In this document: positions 59,610 to 64,000 of the stretch, piece after piece
Numbering within the stretch: the first letter of the stretch is position 1
Layout of the letters: each line of letters starts with the position of its first letter
Notes under the pieces: generated by a model
Databases searched by the model: none
What the model saw: the letters and a program-made list of their open reading frames with translations, nothing else
What the model was told of the DNA's origin: nothing
NCBI RefSeq assembly: GCF_009914755.1
Contig: NC_060933.1
Length of the DNA stretch: 64,000 bases
Source of the DNA: the human T2T-CHM13v2.0 reference genome, Homo sapiens
Strand: one strand, 5' to 3'
Program-made: the position numbers and the translations under genes

Positions 59610-60050
59610 CATTCATTGATTCATTTATCCATCCATTCATTCAAGAGGTGTTTATTGAGCATTTATTAAAGGAGGGACTATTACGAGCACTGGGGTATAT
59701 GGCGCTGAGCAAAACAAATGAGGTGTCTGAAACAATGGAGCCTACATGCCAATGGAAGGGGAGAGATACTAAACATATGGAAACAAATAAATGGAACAAG
59801 ATAATTTAAGTGCTGTGGAAATATAAATCAGGGTTATGTGACCAAGAGTGACTGGGACATGAGCATTGGGAAAAGGCTGTTGATTTGATTAGACAGTGCC
59901 TCTCTAAAGGAAAGACATCAAAACTATGACCTGGAGGCCACAAAGGATCCTTTCAGGTGAAGTTCTGGGAAGAGTTGCAACAAGGTCATTAGGTGGAAAC
60001 AGACTGGTATGTTCAAGGAATATCAAAGGCAATCTGGACAGTCCATGGCA
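59610..60050 (-). mobile_element. L2 relic
   Basis: cattcattcaa..tttattgagcattta...gagcaaaacaaa..ggagcctacat. Confidence 0.72.
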
Positions 60051-60574
60051 AGCAATGGGGAAATCTCTTTGAGCAAAAACGCAGGTGCTCCCGCTCCACT
60101 GAAGTCATTAGCTCCTATTTATTTCAGGATTCCTGCACTGACTCAGGAACAATCATGACTCAACTCCTGGCTCCCTCGTGGTGACTCTCCAGAGTCACAC
60201 TGAATGTGGGGCCTGGGCTTTTTGTTCCTGCAGCTCCTGCTATGCCATTTGATATCGCCAGTGTTGACAGAGTTCTAGCCACTGCCCTGTTCTCCTTCAT
60301 AATCACCACACTAGAGCAAGGACAGAGATGTGTGTTTGGGGAACAGAATATTTCTCCTTATGTGTATTGCACTCAAGACTTAGATCACAGAGCAGACTTG
60401 TGATTAGTTCTCTTGCCAGCCCTAATTGAGTAGAATCTATTTATACAACCTTGTCTTCAGTTCATTCAGACTACCCTGGAAGTGGCATCCTAGAACGCTT
60501 TTACTAATCTGGGAGTTCAAGACATTTAAAATGTATGGAATCATGCTCTATTCCACATAACTCTTCTCTTTTCT

Positions 60575-61117
<543 letters not shown>

Positions 61118-62639
61118 TAACTTTCTTCTTTTAAGAAGAGTTCCTTCCCACTTCCTGTGACACTAAGATGTGATTTTTATTCTCCATGGTTGGGACAAAA
61201 ATGAGACACACCCATCAGCTGGTTTGTTGAGTTACTGATTTCTTAATTACTGAGTTACTGATCCCTCCAAAGAGGATCCCCAGACCCTCATATAAGTAAA
61301 ACTCTTCTCAGCAGTGCCTGAATTTATAGGAGATAACACAGCTGAGTTCCTTTTTTGGATTTCCTTAAAACTGCACAAAACAAAACAAAACCCAGAGCTC
61401 AGACTATACTAGCTACTCTGATTTGTGCAGACACCTGGACATGCATTAAATTCACGGTGTCAGAAAACAAGAATGGAAAACCCACTGAAGCACCAATCCA
61501 TTTTTCCCCTCTTGCTTTTCATGTGTTTTTGAGTAACCAAAGAACATTCTTGTTTAAAGTAAAAAAAAAAAAAAAAAAAAAAAAATACTAGTATAGTTTG
61601 CTTTTGGAGAGAGCTCCTTATAAAAGCTGCAGGCTTTTGGGGGGCTGAAAAACAGAACAATTGGAAACTCCAAGTGTGACTTCTGGCCCCATCATTTAAG
61701 GCCGAATTCTTCTCTCTGAGACACAGTGATGGTTCCCACTGCATAACTCCCACTGCATGACTCCCGCCATGCACTTAAGTCCTATTCAAAGGAAGAGTAG
61801 CCACTCAGCCTGCAGCAAAGGTAGAATATGCAATAGTTCTGTGGTGTTGTTGGAACAGGGCTGACGAGAGAGAATTTTCCTGCTAATCCTCTATCCATTC
61901 TGACACCAGCCTGGCATTTGGGAAGTGGAAGGGAGATAAAGATTAGGACTATGTAGGGTGAGCGGAGACATGTAGCAGCCTATATGCAAGTGTCGCTTCT
62001 CAAATACGAAACTGAGAAATAGATCACATTTTACACTGAAATTTTGCACTGCTTCTGAGCATCTTGCCAAGAGCTATTCGAAAGACAGCAAATATTTTAG
62101 GATTAAGGGTCTCCAAATCTGAGCAGAATAGGCCCAGCCGTGGAGTAGGTCAGCACTTCTGAGGCAGTTGCTTTCAGTTTTCATGGCCATGTTTGTATCC
62201 ATGTCATGACTGAGTCAGGAAACCCGCCTGTTCTGTTTTGTTTTGTTTTACCAGTTTTGGTTGTTTGACCATCAGATTATACAATCGCTGAGACTCAACA
62301 TGCTACAACTCAACTTGGCTGCAAAGATAGCAAAACATAGCATTTTTAAAAATCTGCCAGTCTTTAGAGAGTTGAATTGCATAATGTCTGTAGCTTACCA
62401 AGTGTTTTTCCATCTTCAGTCTGATACAACCAAACTGAATAGTCTTGACAAGGTGATGTTTATGGTTGCTAAGACAGAAAACAATTCCCACCTTAAGCCC
62501 TGTTCTCTCTTCCCTCTGCTTGCTCCCTGGGTGACTTCCTTCTTTCCTTTATTTAGTCATTCAATTGGTTTAAACTTCATTTTAACAAATGAATTCATTC
62601 CAATATGCATGTGGTTTTAGCCACCACCTGATGCTGATG

Positions 62640-63560
62640 GCAGCCTGCTCCCTCTTGTCATCCACAAGTGAGTACTACTGTCTGCTGCATGCACATTTCC
62701 ACCTGGCTGCCTCATGAACACTTCTGCTCACCCTACATAGTCCCAAACTCTGCATTCCTCACACTTAAATGTAAAGCTTAACTCATTCTCTTTCCTCCTC
62801 CTTCTTCTGAATTTCTAATTGATGGAAAGCTATCAGCACATTTTGCCTAAGCCAGAATACTAGGTATAACTATTGACCCAGCTCCCTCACCAATCTTATA
62901 CAAATTGATTAATAAAACTTGCCCGCTCTGCCTGTTAACATCCCTGAATTCTGTGCCTTTTCCTGTTGTCGCTGTCGCTCAAGCCAACCTCATTTCTTAC
63001 TGGGATCACTGCATCAGCCTCCCATCATTTCTCCCCACCTCTATTCTTGTCCAATTTCAATAGATTCTATGCAAGTAAGAGTGATCTTTCTGAAATGCTT
63101 ATTTGACTGTGTCACTCACTACTAAAATCTTTCAGAGGCTCTCCGTGGCCCTCAGTCCAAGCTCCTTTGTTTGGCTTAAAAGTTTTCCATACCTTAACCC
63201 TTTCCTACCTATATAGCCCTGTTTTCTACTGCCATCTGCCTACTTCTACCCTCCAACTCTTCCCCAGTCTCTCTACCCGCCTCCCCAGCCTCCTTTCTCT
63301 CTCTCACTTCCCTGCATAGATGTATGGAGCCCTTGCTTCTTAAACAGCACTCCTTCTCTTCTCTGCCTATTTCTTTCCTTTTACCCATAAGTTAGCTAGT
63401 GGAACATCCTCCAGGAAGAATTCTCTTATCACCCTCCCCCCTTATTAAACTGTGACCTCCTTAAAGATAGGGCCCATGTCTTCTTCACTTCCGAAAGTCG
63501 ATTTCTAGCAGAGGGCCTCCCACATGGTGCTTCATAAAAACTCAAAGGTTCAATGAGAAT
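62640..63560 (+). mobile_element. L2 relic
   Basis: catttccacctgg, agagtgatctttctgaaatgc..tgactgtgtcactc..taaaatctttca, agtccaagctcctt. Confidence 0.72.
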
Positions 63561-64000
63561 TTCCATCTCAGTGTATGACTGACAGTCTAAATGCAGCTCT
63601 CAGCCCAACATATTACCCAGAAGGCCTCAAGGACCTAGTGAAGAGTGACTTCCTGGGTCCTCGTGGGTTTTCCCTGCATCCTGAAGTGGGCACACAATTA
63701 AATGGCCAGCACTTACAGTTAAAAGCTAAGCAAACCTTCCACACCTTTCTGGAAGTTCACAGTAGCTCTGCTTTCATTTTGCAGATGAGAACATTGAGGC
63801 AAGGGAACAGGTGGCCAAAAATACCCTCATAGCCTTGAGAAAGTCCATCTTGATGTTATCCAGTGAAACTTAATGGCAACGCAGGAGCCAGGGAGCCTGC
63901 TTTATTTTGGAAATGAAAAAGTCAGTACAGTTGATGAGAATTTGAAGAGAAAAGACACAACAAAGTAGAAGGCTAACACCAATTCCAAACAATAGTAAAG

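Noticed and set aside
61619-61626. TATAAAAG TATA-like box
   Set aside because: The same motif occurs elsewhere (e.g. about 4632) in this AT-rich window; no supporting promoter context

Overview
This is primate, most likely human, non-coding genomic DNA (intronic or intergenic). It is AT-rich, CpG-depleted and largely made of transposon fossils. These include 14 Alus, a young L1PA with a 5' inversion and a perfect 16-bp TSD, several old L1M copies, many L2/MIR relics, MaLR/ERVL solo LTRs (MSTA, MLT1, MLT2), DNA-transposon MITEs (MER3, MER33, MER53, MER81, MER5A, MER58, MADE1) and microsatellites. No protein-coding gene, tRNA, rRNA or CRISPR array is supportable: the recognisable ORFs are Alu or L1 ORF2 translations and the rest look like chance ORFs. 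I cannot identify the locus. The best non-repeat signals are a candidate recursive splice site with a poison RS-exon (28460-28610), a second AG|GT splice-signal cluster (58410-58540), two candidate minus-strand non-coding exons (428-604 and <=78), and a CpG-retaining, motif-rich candidate regulatory region (5500-6670). I found no convincing novel system. Subfamily names come from remembered consensus sequences, and boundaries of old repeats are approximate.
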